Shown here: in pieces, positions 47,021 to 57,351 of the stretch | Numbering within the stretch: the stretch's first letter is position 1 | Layout: each line of letters starts with the position of its first letter | The notes under the pieces: model-generated | Told to the model about the DNA's origin: nothing | The model's input: only the letters and a program-made list of their open reading frames with translations | Databases searched by the model: none | Position numbers and translations under genes: made by a program | DNA from: Bacteroidales bacterium | Lineage (GTDB): Bacteria; Bacteroidota; Bacteroidia; Bacteroidales; UBA7960 | NCBI GenBank assembly: GCA_019429365.1 | Contig: JAHYJD010000007.1 | Location: 5,073 to 69,072 of the forward strand | DNA length: 64,000 nt | Direction of reading: 5' to 3'

Positions 47021-47917
47021 ATGAAGCGAACAATCATTAAAATAGATGAAGAACTTTGCAACGGTTGCGGCCTTTGCGTTGATGGTTGCCACGAAGGCGC
47101 CCTGCAGTTAATTGATGGTAAGGCCCGCATGATCAGTGATCTGTATTGCGATGGCCTTGGTGCCTGCATTGGCGACTGCCCCGTAGGTGCCATTACCCTC
47201 GAAGAGCGTGAAGCCGAGCCTTACGACGAGATCAAGGTTATGGAGCGCATTGCGCCCAAAGGTGAAAAAACCATTATCGCCCACCTGAACCACCTGATCG
47301 ATCACGACCAGACCGACTTTGTTGAACAGGGGATTAATTACATACGCGATAACAATCTCGATGTGGACCTTTCAAAACTAAAAAACTCAAAAAAGCAAGT
47401 AACGATGCACGAACACCAACATTCAAAAGATCACCAGCATGGTCATGGCGGCGGTTGCCCCGGCTCACGTGCCATGACTTTCGATATTCCCGCGACAACG
47501 GCAGCAACAAATATGGTAAATGGCGACCAGCCTTCAGAGCTGCGTCAGTGGCCCGTTCAGTTTCATCTGGTGAATCCCCAGGCCCCCTATTTCCAGAATG
47601 CCGATGTACTGCTGGCCGCCGACTGTGTGGCTTTCAGCATGGGCAATTTCCACAGCAAATATTTAAAAGGCAAAGGACTAGCCATCGCCTGCCCAAAACT
47701 CGACTCAGGCAAAGAAATCTATATTGAGAAGCTCACCGCCATGATCGACCAGGCCAAAATCAATACCCTTACGGTAATGATTATGGAAGTACCCTGCTGC
47801 TCGGGCTTGCTGCAAATGGCTAAGATTGCCACACAGAATGCCAGCCGCAAAGTGCCCGTAAAGGCCTTGGTCGTGAGCCTTAAAGGAGAAGTGATCAGCG
47901 AAGAATGGGTTTTATAA
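47021..47917 (+). CDS. 4Fe-4S dicluster domain protein with C-terminal Cys-containing domain
   Basis: 298 aa with [11 protein letters not shown] and [12 protein letters not shown], plus a C-terminal EVPCCSG block. It lies directly upstream of hcp. Confidence 0.7.
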   Translation: MKRTIIKIDEELCNGCGLCVDGCHEGALQLIDGKARMISDLYCDGLGACIGDCPVGAITLEEREAEPYDEIKVMERIAPKGEKTIIAHLNHLIDHDQTDFVEQGINYIRDNNLDVDLSKLKNSKKQVTMHEHQHSKDHQHGHGGGCPGSRAMTFDIPATTAATNMVNGDQPSELRQWPVQFHLVNPQAPYFQNADVLLAADCVAFSMGNFHSKYLKGKGLAIACPKLDSGKEIYIEKLTAMIDQAKINTLTVMIMEVPCCSGLLQMAKIATQNASRKVPVKALVVSLKGEVISEEWVL

Positions 47918-48021
47918 TTGTAAAAAAATTAATTGTAAACTGCAGATTGAGCGATTTCAATCTTTTCAAAATATCAACCAGATTTATTAAGTCACTTAAA
48001 AACCAAAAAAAATTAAAATAT

Positions 48022-49680
48022 ATGAGCATGTTTTGTTTTCAGTGTCAGGAAACTGCAAAAGGAATCGGCTGCACCATTAAGGGTGTATGCGGCAAAACCC
48101 CTGAAGTAGCGGGCATTCAGGATGTATTGATGTATTTCTTGCGGGGTCTTTCGGTCTATGCCGAAATCGGCCGCGATAAGGGGATCGAAAATGAAAAGGT
48201 AAACCATTTTGTATTCGAAGGCCTTTTCATGACCATTACCAATGCCAACTTCGACCACCAGCGTTTTATCGACAAGCTGCGCGAAGGCTTTGAGCTGCGC
48301 AAAAACTTCATTCTTGAGCTCGAAGCCGCCGGTGTGGAGATCAGCCAGGACGAACTTCCTGAAGCAGCCAAATGGGTAGCCTACACCCCGGGCGAATACG
48401 AACGCAAAGCCCAGCAGGTAGGCGTACTGCAAATGAGCGAGAATGAGGATGTTCGTTCGCTTCGCGAACTGATAATTTATGGCATAAAAGGTATGGCCGC
48501 TTACGCGGAACACGCTTACAACCTGGGGTTTGCCGAGAAGGAAATTTTCCAGTTTATGCAAAAAGGTCTGGCTGCCACCCTCAACGACAACCTTAGCGCC
48601 GAAGAACTCACCGGATTGGTGCTTGAAACCGGCAAGTACGGTGTGCAAGTTATGGCATTGCTTGATAAAGCAAACACCAGCAAATACGGCAACCCCGAAA
48701 TCACCAAGGTGAACATCGGCGTTCGCAACAACCCTGGTATTTTGATCAGCGGCCACGACCTGCGCGATATGGAAGACCTGCTGGAGCAAACCAAGGGTAC
48801 TGGCGTGGATGTTTATACCCACAGCGAAATGCTGCCCGCCAACTACTATCCTGCTTTCAAAAAGTATGAGCATTTTGTGGGCAACTACGGCAATGCCTGG
48901 TGGAAACAACGCGAAGAATTTGAGACCTTCAATGGCCCCATTCTTTTCACCACCAACTGTATTGTTCCTCCTGCCAAGAGTGCCACTTACACCGACCGCA
49001 TTTACACCACTGGTGCATCGGGTCTGGAAGGTGCCATTCATATTGGTGAACGCGAAAACGGTGGCCGTAAGGATTTCTCGCAGATCATAGAGCATGCCAA
49101 GCGTTGCGAAGCACCCCAGGAAATTGAAACCGGCGAAATCGTTGGTGGTTTTGCACACAACCAGGTAATGCAACTGGCTGATAAGGTGGTCGATGCCGTG
49201 AAGTCAGGCGCCATTCGCAAATTCTTTGTAATGGCCGGTTGTGATGGCCGTATGAAAGATCGCGATTATTACACCGAGTTTGCTGCTGCCCTGCCCAAAG
49301 ACACCGTAATCCTTACCGCAGGCTGCGCAAAATACCGCTACAACAAACTGCCCCTGGGCGATATTGGCGGCATTCCGCGCGTACTCGATGCCGGCCAGTG
49401 CAACGACAGCTACAGCCTGGCAGTAATAGCCCTGAAGCTAAAGGAAGTGTTCGAACTGAACGACATTAACGACCTGCCCATTGCCTACAACATTGCTTGG
49501 TACGAGCAGAAAGCCGTTATCGTTTTACTGGCACTTCTTTCACTTGGTGTGAAGAACATTCACCTCGGGCCCACACTCCCCGCATTCCTGTCGCCCAACG
49601 TGGCAAAGGTACTGGTGGAAAATTTTGGTATTTCGCCTATCAATACCGTAGACGAAGACATGAAGGTGTTTCTGAATTAA
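48022..49680 (+). CDS. hcp: hybrid cluster protein (hydroxylamine reductase)
   Basis: 552 aa from the ATG at 48022. The N-terminal Cys motif MFCFQCQET...[10 protein letters not shown] and the length are typical. The 39 extra track codons upstream are AT-rich with no support. Confidence 0.92.
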   Translation: MSMFCFQCQETAKGIGCTIKGVCGKTPEVAGIQDVLMYFLRGLSVYAEIGRDKGIENEKVNHFVFEGLFMTITNANFDHQRFIDKLREGFELRKNFILELEAAGVEISQDELPEAAKWVAYTPGEYERKAQQVGVLQMSENEDVRSLRELIIYGIKGMAAYAEHAYNLGFAEKEIFQFMQKGLAATLNDNLSAEELTGLVLETGKYGVQVMALLDKANTSKYGNPEITKVNIGVRNNPGILISGHDLRDMEDLLEQTKGTGVDVYTHSEMLPANYYPAFKKYEHFVGNYGNAWWKQREEFETFNGPILFTTNCIVPPAKSATYTDRIYTTGASGLEGAIHIGERENGGRKDFSQIIEHAKRCEAPQEIETGEIVGGFAHNQVMQLADKVVDAVKSGAIRKFFVMAGCDGRMKDRDYYTEFAAALPKDTVILTAGCAKYRYNKLPLGDIGGIPRVLDAGQCNDSYSLAVIALKLKEVFELNDINDLPIAYNIAWYEQKAVIVLLALLSLGVKNIHLGPTLPAFLSPNVAKVLVENFGISPINTVDEDMKVFLN

Positions 49681-49703
49681 ATATTTTATATATTTGAAGA
49701 TCA

Positions 49704-49739
49704 AAACCTGCCGGACCTGAAAAATCCGGCAGGTTTTTT
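49704..49739 (+). terminator. rho-independent terminator after hcp
   Basis: 12-bp stem aaacctgccgga/tccggcaggttt followed by a T run. Confidence 0.8.
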
Positions 49740-49776
49740 AAAGATTCATCGTCTTACCCACCAAAAACCAAAGGAT

Positions 49777-51033
49777 ATGAAAACAGCAGGAAGATTTGCA
49801 GCAGTGTTTATTCTGACAATTTTGGTCCTGAATACTTCAGCCCAGTTTTCTTTAACGGGCGAATTGCGACCCAGGGCAGAATACCGCAATGGTTTCTCAA
49901 GCCTGATTGGCGAAGACGAAGAGGCTGCCTTTTTTATTTCGCAGCGCTCGAGGCTCAACTTCAGGTATGACAAGGAAGAACTAACATTCTTTGTAAGCCT
50001 GCAGGATGTAAGGGTTTGGGGTGAGGTACCTCAACTGACCCGCTCTGATGTCAACTCCTCCATTCACGAGGCCTGGGGCGAACTCAGACTCAGCCCAGAT
50101 GTGGCACTCAGATTGGGACGTCAGGAACTGGTGTATGACAATGCACGTATGCTGGGCAATGTGGACTGGGCGCAGCAGGGACGAAGCCACGATCTGGCAC
50201 TGCTGAAATGGAACACCAGCGATCGCTCGCAGTTTCATGCCGGATTTGCCTTTAACCAGGAAGGCGAACGAAGGGTATCTACCTTTTACACCCTGAATAA
50301 CTATAAAACCATGCAGTTTCTGTGGTTTAACCAGCGTTGGGATCAAACAGGCCTCAGCCTGCTTTTCCTTAACAACGGCATGCAGGGACTCGAAAAAACC
50401 CATTTCAGCCAGACCACCGGCGGACGCCTCACCTCGAAACTGGCAGCTATCGACTTTTCTGCCTCGGCTTTTGCGCAGACCGGACGCGATGCGATCGACC
50501 GAAAATTATCGGCCTTTTACCTGGCAGCAGAAGGTGGGTACAATTTTTCTGAAAATTTCAAAGGGGCCCTGGGTTTTGAATTCCTTTCGGGAACAGACCT
50601 GGTTGAGACTTCGGACCCCAACGCCACCAACCGCTCGTTCAATCCGCTATACGGCACCAACCACGCCTTCAACGGGCACATGGACTATTTTTATGTAGGC
50701 AACCACATTAATAATGTGGGACTGATTAACCCCTATATTACCACTCAATATGCAAAGGATCAATTTCTTTTACAAGGCAACCTGCATATGTTTTTTGCTG
50801 ATGGTGTCGTGCATGAGGCCGGCAATCCAGAAACAAAAATGAGTGCTTACCTGGGTACTGAAATTGACCTGATTCTTGGTTACAACATCAGTCCAAATGC
50901 CAGCATCCGCGGTGGTTACTCGCATTTGTTTGCCTCCGAAACCATGGAAAGAATTAAAGGTGGCGACCATACCCAATTACAAAATTGGATGTGGGTAATG
51001 GTTATTTTAAAACCAACCTTGTTCAGCAATTGA
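49777..51033 (+). CDS. outer-membrane beta-barrel, alginate-export-like family
   Basis: 418 aa with a signal peptide. GELRPRAEYRNGF at the mature N-terminus and alternating strands are typical of that family as I recall it. Confidence 0.55.
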   Translation: MKTAGRFAAVFILTILVLNTSAQFSLTGELRPRAEYRNGFSSLIGEDEEAAFFISQRSRLNFRYDKEELTFFVSLQDVRVWGEVPQLTRSDVNSSIHEAWGELRLSPDVALRLGRQELVYDNARMLGNVDWAQQGRSHDLALLKWNTSDRSQFHAGFAFNQEGERRVSTFYTLNNYKTMQFLWFNQRWDQTGLSLLFLNNGMQGLEKTHFSQTTGGRLTSKLAAIDFSASAFAQTGRDAIDRKLSAFYLAAEGGYNFSENFKGALGFEFLSGTDLVETSDPNATNRSFNPLYGTNHAFNGHMDYFYVGNHINNVGLINPYITTQYAKDQFLLQGNLHMFFADGVVHEAGNPETKMSAYLGTEIDLILGYNISPNASIRGGYSHLFASETMERIKGGDHTQLQNWMWVMVILKPTLFSN

Positions 51034-51099
51034 TTTTTTAAAAAGTGCTTTATTCTTACTAACTTAGGTTGGTTTTAATATTTAAATACCCAGACACCT

Positions 51100-51291
51100 A
51101 TGGAAAAAGATCCCATTATCTGCACCTGCAACGAAATAAAACAAAGCGAAATTGAACTGGGTATTAAGGCAAAGAATCTCAAAACCATAGAAGAAGTCCA
51201 GGATGAAACCTCGGCAGGCACAGTATGCGGCGCCTGCGTCGATGACATTTTCCTGATCCTTGAAAAAATAAACGGAAATGTGGAATTATAA
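51100..51291 (+). CDS. BFD-like [2Fe-2S]-binding domain protein
   Basis: 63 aa with Cys pattern CTCNE...GTVCGACVDD. Confidence 0.7.
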   Translation: MEKDPIICTCNEIKQSEIELGIKAKNLKTIEEVQDETSAGTVCGACVDDIFLILEKINGNVEL

Positions 51292-51305
51292 GGAAGTCGG
51301 AAGTC
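51292..51305. repeat. tandem heptamer x2 (ggaagtc)
   Basis: It starts immediately after the BFD-like stop. The related word ggaagtccgaag occurs on the - strand at 42519-42530. Confidence 0.8.
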
Positions 51306-51423
51306 TTCAAATCCGGGTAAATAACTTTAATCCAGCCCCGGGTTTTATTAAAACCTCCCCCTAACCCCCTCCAAAGGGGGAATTCCTAAGATTACATTGA
51401 ACCCATACTGCCGTCAGGCAGGC

Positions 51424-51444
51424 TTGAACTTTGAACTTTAAACT
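51424..51444. repeat. tandem heptamer x3 (ttgaact ttgaact ttaaact)
   Basis: Read directly from the sequence. It is preceded by ctgccgtcaggcaggctt (51408-51425), which resembles the 42503-42521 palindrome. Confidence 0.85.
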
Positions 51445-51452
51445 TTTTTAAA

Positions 51453-51779
51453 ATGAGCACATTCGACACAAGTAAAATCATAGCATTCACAAAAGCAGTA
51501 GATTATTCAACCGACGGTATTGTAAGCAAGCGGGTGCTGGAAAAATCGACTGGCAACGTGAGCCTGTTTGCATTCGACAAGGGCCAGAAGCTCAGCGAGC
51601 ACAGTGCCCCATTCGATGCCATGGTGCAAGTTCTTGAGGGCAAGGCCGAGGTAATTATCAATAAGGAGCCTTATCACCTCGAAGCCGGGCAAACCATTAT
51701 CATGCCCGCCAACATTCCGCATGCAGTCAATGCCGTGGAACGTTTCAAAATGCTGCTTACCATGATCAAAGGCCAGTAA
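51453..51779 (+). CDS. cupin-domain protein
   Basis: 108 aa with the cupin motif region EHSAPFDAMVQVLEGKAEV...MPANIPHAV. Confidence 0.7.
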   Translation: MSTFDTSKIIAFTKAVDYSTDGIVSKRVLEKSTGNVSLFAFDKGQKLSEHSAPFDAMVQVLEGKAEVIINKEPYHLEAGQTIIMPANIPHAVNAVERFKMLLTMIKGQ

Positions 51780-51803
51780 AGGCTGTTAAAATCCTCACCA
51801 TAT

Positions 51804-52115
51804 ATGATCAGGAAATCAGTTCCGAAGCAGGCCCCGCAAGTTTCTGCAGCCGTTGATGGACGCACAATGCACAGCGACTCCCGCGCCGAGGCTATTTTAC
51901 TAACCTTGCAGCCCGGCGAAGAAATGCCCATGCACAAAAACCCTTTTGATGTTTTGTTTGCAGGCATCAAAGGAGAGGCATTGCTGGTTTGCACCGACCA
52001 AACCATGACAATAATACCCGGTGAAACCATTTTCGTTACTGCAGATGAGGACCGTGCCTGGCAAAACAAAGGACAGGTTAAAGCCCAGATTTTGGTGTTT
52101 AAAATCCTGTCCTGA
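51804..52115 (+). CDS. cupin-domain protein
   Basis: 103 aa with MPMHKNPFDVLFAGIKGEALL...GETIFV. The start codon is uncertain. Confidence 0.6.
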   Translation: MIRKSVPKQAPQVSAAVDGRTMHSDSRAEAILLTLQPGEEMPMHKNPFDVLFAGIKGEALLVCTDQTMTIIPGETIFVTADEDRAWQNKGQVKAQILVFKILS

Positions 52116-52217
52116 CATAAGAGGGTTTTCGGGAATTACTTAGAAAAGTTGCTGGAAGAATTTTTAAAGCAACACTTTTTTCATATATTTATGCCTGAAA
52201 TTAAACCCCTTGTCATC

Positions 52218-54107
52218 ATGAAAAAAACAATACGCTCTGCCTTTTTTCTATTTTCATTAATTGCCTTAATTCCAATTACTTCTACGGCCCAAGAAAATAG
52301 CCGTATGACGGAATTTGAGGCTTTTGCCAATGGGGTTTTTGAAACTATCCTGGCCGAAAAGCACATTGCAGGAGCCACTTTTTCTGTGGTTCACAAGGGT
52401 GAGGTCATGATCAGAAAAGGCTATGGATTTGCCAATGTGGATCAGAATCTATCCGTAAATCCCGAAACAACCCTTTTCCGTATTGGTTCTATTAGCAAAC
52501 TTTTCGTCTGGATAGGGGTAATGCAGATGGTGGAGCAGGGCAAGCTTGACTTAGATCGCGATATAAATGAATATCTTCAGGCCTTTAAAATTCCTGACAC
52601 TTACGATCAGCCGGTTACTTTGCGAAGCCTGATGACCCACACGCCTGGCTTTGAAGACAAGCTTTATCAGCTTTTTGTGCTTGATGAAAACGACATGAAA
52701 CCCCTGGCGGAAGTACTCAAAGAACAGCTGCCCAAAAGGGTCAGGCCACCGCTTCAGCAGGCCTCCTATTCAAACCACGGCACCGGCATTGCCCAGCACC
52801 TGGTGGAGCTGGCCAGCGAAATGCCTTTTGTGGAATATGCCGAGCGCTTCATTTTCGATCCCCTTGGCATGCAGCACACCACCATCAGGCAGCCCGTTCC
52901 TGCAGCCATGGCTACCAATCTTTCACTGGGTTATGCATACAAAGACGGCCGTTTTATTGAAAAGCCCTTTGAACTTATTCCGCTGCAAAGCATTGGGTCG
53001 GCCAGCACTACGGCCAGTGATATGGCGCGATTTATGAATGCCCTTTTGAATAACACCTGCCTGGAAGGGCATTGCCTGCTCGACTCGGCCACTTATGCCT
53101 TAATGACCAAACCTGCCTTTTCCCATGCCACCGGTACCAATCCCGCACTGCTGGGATTTATGGATGTGAGCTTCAACGGACACCGCATTTTCGGACACGG
53201 AGGCAGTACCTTCCTTTTTCACTCCTTGATGGTGATCCTTCCCGAAGACAGCACGGGTATTTTCTATTCCTTCAATAGTGAAGCCGGCTCCGGTGTGTCA
53301 ATGAAAACAATTGAATACTTGGGTGAATACCTCTTTCCCGACACCAGACCTTTGGCAGAAACGATTGAACTGAACGCAGACTATCTGGAGGATTTCGAGG
53401 GTACCTATCGAATGAATCGCTTTTCACACACTGAATTCTTCAAGGTGCTGTCGTTGGCCATGTCAGCAAAGGTCAGCCAGGAAAATGGCATGCTGCGGAT
53501 GGACGCCATGGGAGAAACCACCTGGTGGATGCCTGTTGACAGCCTGACCTTCAGGGAAGAAAGAAGCAACCAACTGATCGTTTTCTCGCGCGATAAAAAA
53601 GGGAAGGTCGACAATATCTTCCTGGGACAGCTGGCCATATTTGCTTTTAACAAAAATCGCGGATTCTGGACACCCCAACTGCACGCCATTCTGTTTGCAT
53701 TGCTAATTTTTGTCATACTTTACATACTAGTTGTGTGGCCGGGGATATTTTTCTTACGCCGGAAATATGTGCCTGCCGACCGGGCGCCAGCAACTCTTCC
53801 GTTGGGCAGTAAAGTCATAGCATGGATAACGGCAGCATGCTATCTTCTTTTTTTCATTTTCTTCGCAACAGGCACTCCTCCCGGGCAAGACCTTGTGTTT
53901 GGAGTAACTCCCGGCATTAAGACAGCCTTGTTTTTCCCTTTGTTGGCTATTCCATTCACCATACTGATGATCTGGCAGAGCATCACCCTGCTCGATGAGC
54001 ATAACACCCGCTTTCGCAGCCGCTTGTTTTACTGGCTCTCTACCCTGGTTTTCATGGCGGTGATCTGGCAATTTCATTTCTGGAACCTGCTGGGCTGGAG
54101 ATATTAA
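52218..54107 (+). CDS. serine hydrolase (beta-lactamase/PBP4-type fold) with C-terminal multi-pass membrane domain
   Basis: It has a signal peptide from the ATG at 52218 and the S-x-x-K motif RIGSISKLF. A YSNHG block follows. The last roughly 170 aa form 4-5 hydrophobic helices. Confidence 0.8.
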   Translation: MKKTIRSAFFLFSLIALIPITSTAQENSRMTEFEAFANGVFETILAEKHIAGATFSVVHKGEVMIRKGYGFANVDQNLSVNPETTLFRIGSISKLFVWIGVMQMVEQGKLDLDRDINEYLQAFKIPDTYDQPVTLRSLMTHTPGFEDKLYQLFVLDENDMKPLAEVLKEQLPKRVRPPLQQASYSNHGTGIAQHLVELASEMPFVEYAERFIFDPLGMQHTTIRQPVPAAMATNLSLGYAYKDGRFIEKPFELIPLQSIGSASTTASDMARFMNALLNNTCLEGHCLLDSATYALMTKPAFSHATGTNPALLGFMDVSFNGHRIFGHGGSTFLFHSLMVILPEDSTGIFYSFNSEAGSGVSMKTIEYLGEYLFPDTRPLAETIELNADYLEDFEGTYRMNRFSHTEFFKVLSLAMSAKVSQENGMLRMDAMGETTWWMPVDSLTFREERSNQLIVFSRDKKGKVDNIFLGQLAIFAFNKNRGFWTPQLHAILFALLIFVILYILVVWPGIFFLRRKYVPADRAPATLPLGSKVIAWITAACYLLFFIFFATGTPPGQDLVFGVTPGIKTALFFPLLAIPFTILMIWQSITLLDEHNTRFRSRLFYWLSTLVFMAVIWQFHFWNLLGWRY

Positions 54108-54257
54108 ATTTATTGTGTTTCCCGCCGAAAGGCAAATTTTTTCTGTGGTCCCTTTGGTATGCCCCACTACCGTCCAAAAGGGACCTTTTTATTGAAATGT
54201 ATAATTAAAAGGCTTTTTATACTTTTGCAGCAAGTTTTTAATCCCTTACTGCACCCA

Positions 54258-56720
54258 ATGAATCCTGCTAAAACCCTCCAAAAATCATTAATTCTTTTTA
54301 TTCTTTTAATCACTTTTATTTTTCAGGTCCAGGGCAGGCAGGACCCCCGGAGGCTGGAAGCCATGAGAGTGGCCCATCCACCAAAAATGGATGGCACCCT
54401 CAGCGACCCCATTTGGCAACTTGCTTTTCCGGCCAACGGTTTTATGCAATATGAGCCACACAACGACCGCCCTGCCTCCTTCGAAACCGAAGTGCGTGTA
54501 TTGTTCGACGACAATTCCATTTACATTGGGGCCTTGCTTTTCGATCCCAGCCCCGACAGTATACTTACCGAGCTGGGTTTGCGCGATGCCGACGACAAGC
54601 TCAATGCCGACCAGTTTTGGGTAGACATCAACCCTTTTAATGATGGAGTGAATGGTTTCCGTTTCAAGGTGTCGGCCTCGGGGGTGGAGACCGATGTCAA
54701 CATGTCGGGCAGTACTGGCAACCGTGGCGACCTTAACTGGGACGCCGTTTGGAAAAGCCAGGTGAGCATCACTGATTTTGGCTGGGTAGTGGAAATGGAG
54801 ATCCCCTATTCTGCCTTGCGATTCCCAAAAGGAGCCATGCAAGACTGGGGCATAAACTTCTGGCGCGAGATAAGGCGCACGCGCGAGTCGTCGAGCTGGA
54901 ACTTTGTGAACCGCCGTATTGGTGAGCAGTTGGGCTCCATGGGGCTGCTCAGCGGCCTGGACGGCATTGATCCGCCCCTGCGACTGGCATTCTTCCCATA
55001 TGTTTCGGGCTATATGGAGAAAAACGGCGGCGACCTTGGCTGGGCAAGGACTTTTAATGGCGGTATGGATGTGAAATACGGCATCAGCGAAAGCTTTACC
55101 CTCGACATGACCCTGATCCCAGATTTTGGCCAAGTGCACTCCGATGCGCGGGTGCTGAATCTTACACCCTATGAAGTGAAATACGATGAGAACCGGCAGT
55201 TTTTTACTGAGGGCACGGAGCTTTTCAGCAAGGCCGACCTTTTTTATTCGCGCCGCATAGGCACCGAACCAAAGGGCTATCGCAGCGTAAGGAACGAACT
55301 GCTCGAGAACGAAGTAATTGAAGAGAACCCTGTGGAAACCCGCCTGATCAATGCCACCAAGTTTTCGGGGCGCACTTCGCGTGGCCTGGGCATAGGCATA
55401 TTTAACGGCATGACCGCCGCCAGCAATGCCTTGGTACTCGACACCATAGGCCAGCAGACACGCGAAATAACCACCCAGCCTTTTACCAATTACAACCTTG
55501 TGGTACTCGACCAGAGTCTTCCAAACAATTCATATGTAAGCTTGGTCAACACCAATGTGAGCGGCTCGGCAGAAGGCTACATGGCCAACGTGACCGGTAC
55601 GGAGTTTCGATTGCTCGACCGCACCAATATGTTCCGCGCAAGCGGTAAGGCAGCCCTGAGCCAGCAATACTTCAGCGAGGCCGACAACAACTTTGGCTAC
55701 AAATACGATTTGAACCTGGGAAAATACGGTGGCACATGGCAATACAGCTACTCGCGCTCGGTGATCAGCGATACTTACGAGCAAAACGACATGGGATTTC
55801 TGAGAAGAAATAATGAAGTGGAGGATGAGGTATCACTGAGCTACAATGTTTTTGACCCTTTCTGGCGCATTCTTAACTATTCCACTGGCCTTTCGTTCGA
55901 ATACAGTAAATTGTTTAATCCCCGGACCTTTACAGGGATGGAACTGGGATACAATCTGAGAGTCTTGTTCGATACGCGCTTTTTTATCATCTTCAGGGCA
56001 AATTATAAGCCACAGGGAGAGCGCGATTATTTTGAACCCCGCGCCCCGGGCAGATTTTACGAAACCGACGATGCCTTCGACCTGTACTTGATGTATTCGA
56101 CCGACTATCGCAAAAGGGTGTATCTTGATGGTAGTTTTTATTACGAAAAAATTAATTCGATATACAACCAGGACAGCTTCAACTTCGACTTCCGGCCCAC
56201 TTTCCGCGCAAGCGACCGACTGAACATTGGTTACGGGCTCAATTATTCCGAGAAAAGAAACGATATTGGTTACGTCAGGCAAAACAACCCCGAAGAGGTC
56301 TACTTTGGAAAACGAAACAGCCCCACCACCATCAACACCTTGCGAACTACCTACATTTTCAGCCCCACCATTGCCCTGAACTTCGACCTGAGGCATTACT
56401 GGTCGAGGGTATTTTATGATGGCGACTATTTTTTCCTCAACACCAACGGTCGCCTTGAAAATATTGAAGAAGACCTGCAAATCCCAGACATTAATTACAA
56501 TGCCTTCACCATCGACATGAAGCTCACCTGGAACTTTGCACCCGGAAGCCAGCTCTCGCTTGTATGGAAAAACATTATCGACAGCCGCCAAAGCGATGCA
56601 TCACCGACTTTCCTTGAAAACCTTGAACGCACCCTGAACGAACCACAGCTAAACAGTTTTTCATTGAAGCTGCTTTATTACATAGATTATCAGATGATCA
56701 GAAGAGCGGTTAGCCGTTAA
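54258..56720 (+). CDS. DUF5916 / CBM9-like domain outer-membrane-associated protein
   Basis: 820 aa from the ATG at 54258, which gives a clean signal peptide. The N-terminal block PPKMDGTLSDPIWQLA...FMQYEPHNDRPASFETEVRVLFDDNSIYIGA matches the family as I recall it. Confidence 0.6.
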   Translation: MNPAKTLQKSLILFILLITFIFQVQGRQDPRRLEAMRVAHPPKMDGTLSDPIWQLAFPANGFMQYEPHNDRPASFETEVRVLFDDNSIYIGALLFDPSPDSILTELGLRDADDKLNADQFWVDINPFNDGVNGFRFKVSASGVETDVNMSGSTGNRGDLNWDAVWKSQVSITDFGWVVEMEIPYSALRFPKGAMQDWGINFWREIRRTRESSSWNFVNRRIGEQLGSMGLLSGLDGIDPPLRLAFFPYVSGYMEKNGGDLGWARTFNGGMDVKYGISESFTLDMTLIPDFGQVHSDARVLNLTPYEVKYDENRQFFTEGTELFSKADLFYSRRIGTEPKGYRSVRNELLENEVIEENPVETRLINATKFSGRTSRGLGIGIFNGMTAASNALVLDTIGQQTREITTQPFTNYNLVVLDQSLPNNSYVSLVNTNVSGSAEGYMANVTGTEFRLLDRTNMFRASGKAALSQQYFSEADNNFGYKYDLNLGKYGGTWQYSYSRSVISDTYEQNDMGFLRRNNEVEDEVSLSYNVFDPFWRILNYSTGLSFEYSKLFNPRTFTGMELGYNLRVLFDTRFFIIFRANYKPQGERDYFEPRAPGRFYETDDAFDLYLMYSTDYRKRVYLDGSFYYEKINSIYNQDSFNFDFRPTFRASDRLNIGYGLNYSEKRNDIGYVRQNNPEEVYFGKRNSPTTINTLRTTYIFSPTIALNFDLRHYWSRVFYDGDYFFLNTNGRLENIEEDLQIPDINYNAFTIDMKLTWNFAPGSQLSLVWKNIIDSRQSDASPTFLENLERTLNEPQLNSFSLKLLYYIDYQMIRRAVSR

Positions 56721-56801
56721 TTCCTTTTGTTAATAAAGTTTTGATAAGTTACTTGGATAGGAAAGAAACAGGATCAGAAATATGGATAATTTTGCACCCG
56801 T

Positions 56802-56819
56802 ACTGCATAATTATTCAGA
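56802..56819 (+). promoter_or_regulatory. candidate ARG box overlapping the argR start region
   Basis: acTGCATAATTATTCAga differs from the TGAAT half of consensus tnTGAATwwwwATTCAnw at one position. It ends 1 nt before the argR ATG. Confidence 0.4.
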
Positions 56820-57311
56820 ATGGAAAATAAAACCTTACGCCTGCAGGCAATAAAGAGAATAATAAGCTCTGAAAAAATCGCCAGTCAGGAACAATTAATG
56901 CAAAGACTTCAGGCCGAAGGATTCGACTTAACCCAGGCCACCGTTTCAAGAGACCTTAAGCAACTGCAGGCAGGCAAGAAACCCGACCCCGATAAAGGGT
57001 CGGTTTTTTTTATCACCGAACCTGAACTAGCTTCAATGTCAAAAGAAACCATCGATGGCAGGCTATTGCTTTCAGGAATCCGTTCGGTGATATTTGCCAA
57101 CAATTTTGGGGTGGTAAAAACCCTGCCTGGCTATGCCAGCAGCATTGCCGTGCATATCGACAAGCACAATCGCTTCGAGATCATTGGCACCATTGCCGGC
57201 GACGACACCATTCTGCTCATACCCGGGCAGAATATCGACCACAACCAAATGAAAAAAGCCCTGAAAATGATTTTTCCTGAACTTCAGGACCATTTTTTCC
57301 GCAAGGGATAG
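56820..57311 (+). CDS. argR: arginine repressor
   Basis: 163 aa. The N-terminal wHTH is QEQLMQRLQAEGFDLTQATVSRDLKQL and the C-terminal oligomerisation/Arg-binding block is GTIAGDDTILLI. Confidence 0.85.
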   Translation: MENKTLRLQAIKRIISSEKIASQEQLMQRLQAEGFDLTQATVSRDLKQLQAGKKPDPDKGSVFFITEPELASMSKETIDGRLLLSGIRSVIFANNFGVVKTLPGYASSIAVHIDKHNRFEIIGTIAGDDTILLIPGQNIDHNQMKKALKMIFPELQDHFFRKG

Positions 57312-57351
57312 TCCTTTAAAAAGTACATTTCTAAAGTCAAAACAACTATTC

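Noticed and set aside
47905-48021. N-terminal extensions proposed by the ORF track. Affected genes are hcp at 47905, the 36296 ORF, osmC at 32948, DUF5916 at 54159, the serine hydrolase at 52149, the amidohydrolase at 61747 and ferritin at 45397.
   Set aside because: The extensions begin at TTG/GTG or distant codons, are AT-rich, and break otherwise clean signal peptides or family-typical N-termini. Internal ATGs were preferred.
48013-49173. A 386-aa antisense ORF inside hcp.
   Set aside because: It is a shadow ORF opposite a highly conserved gene and shows no motifs.
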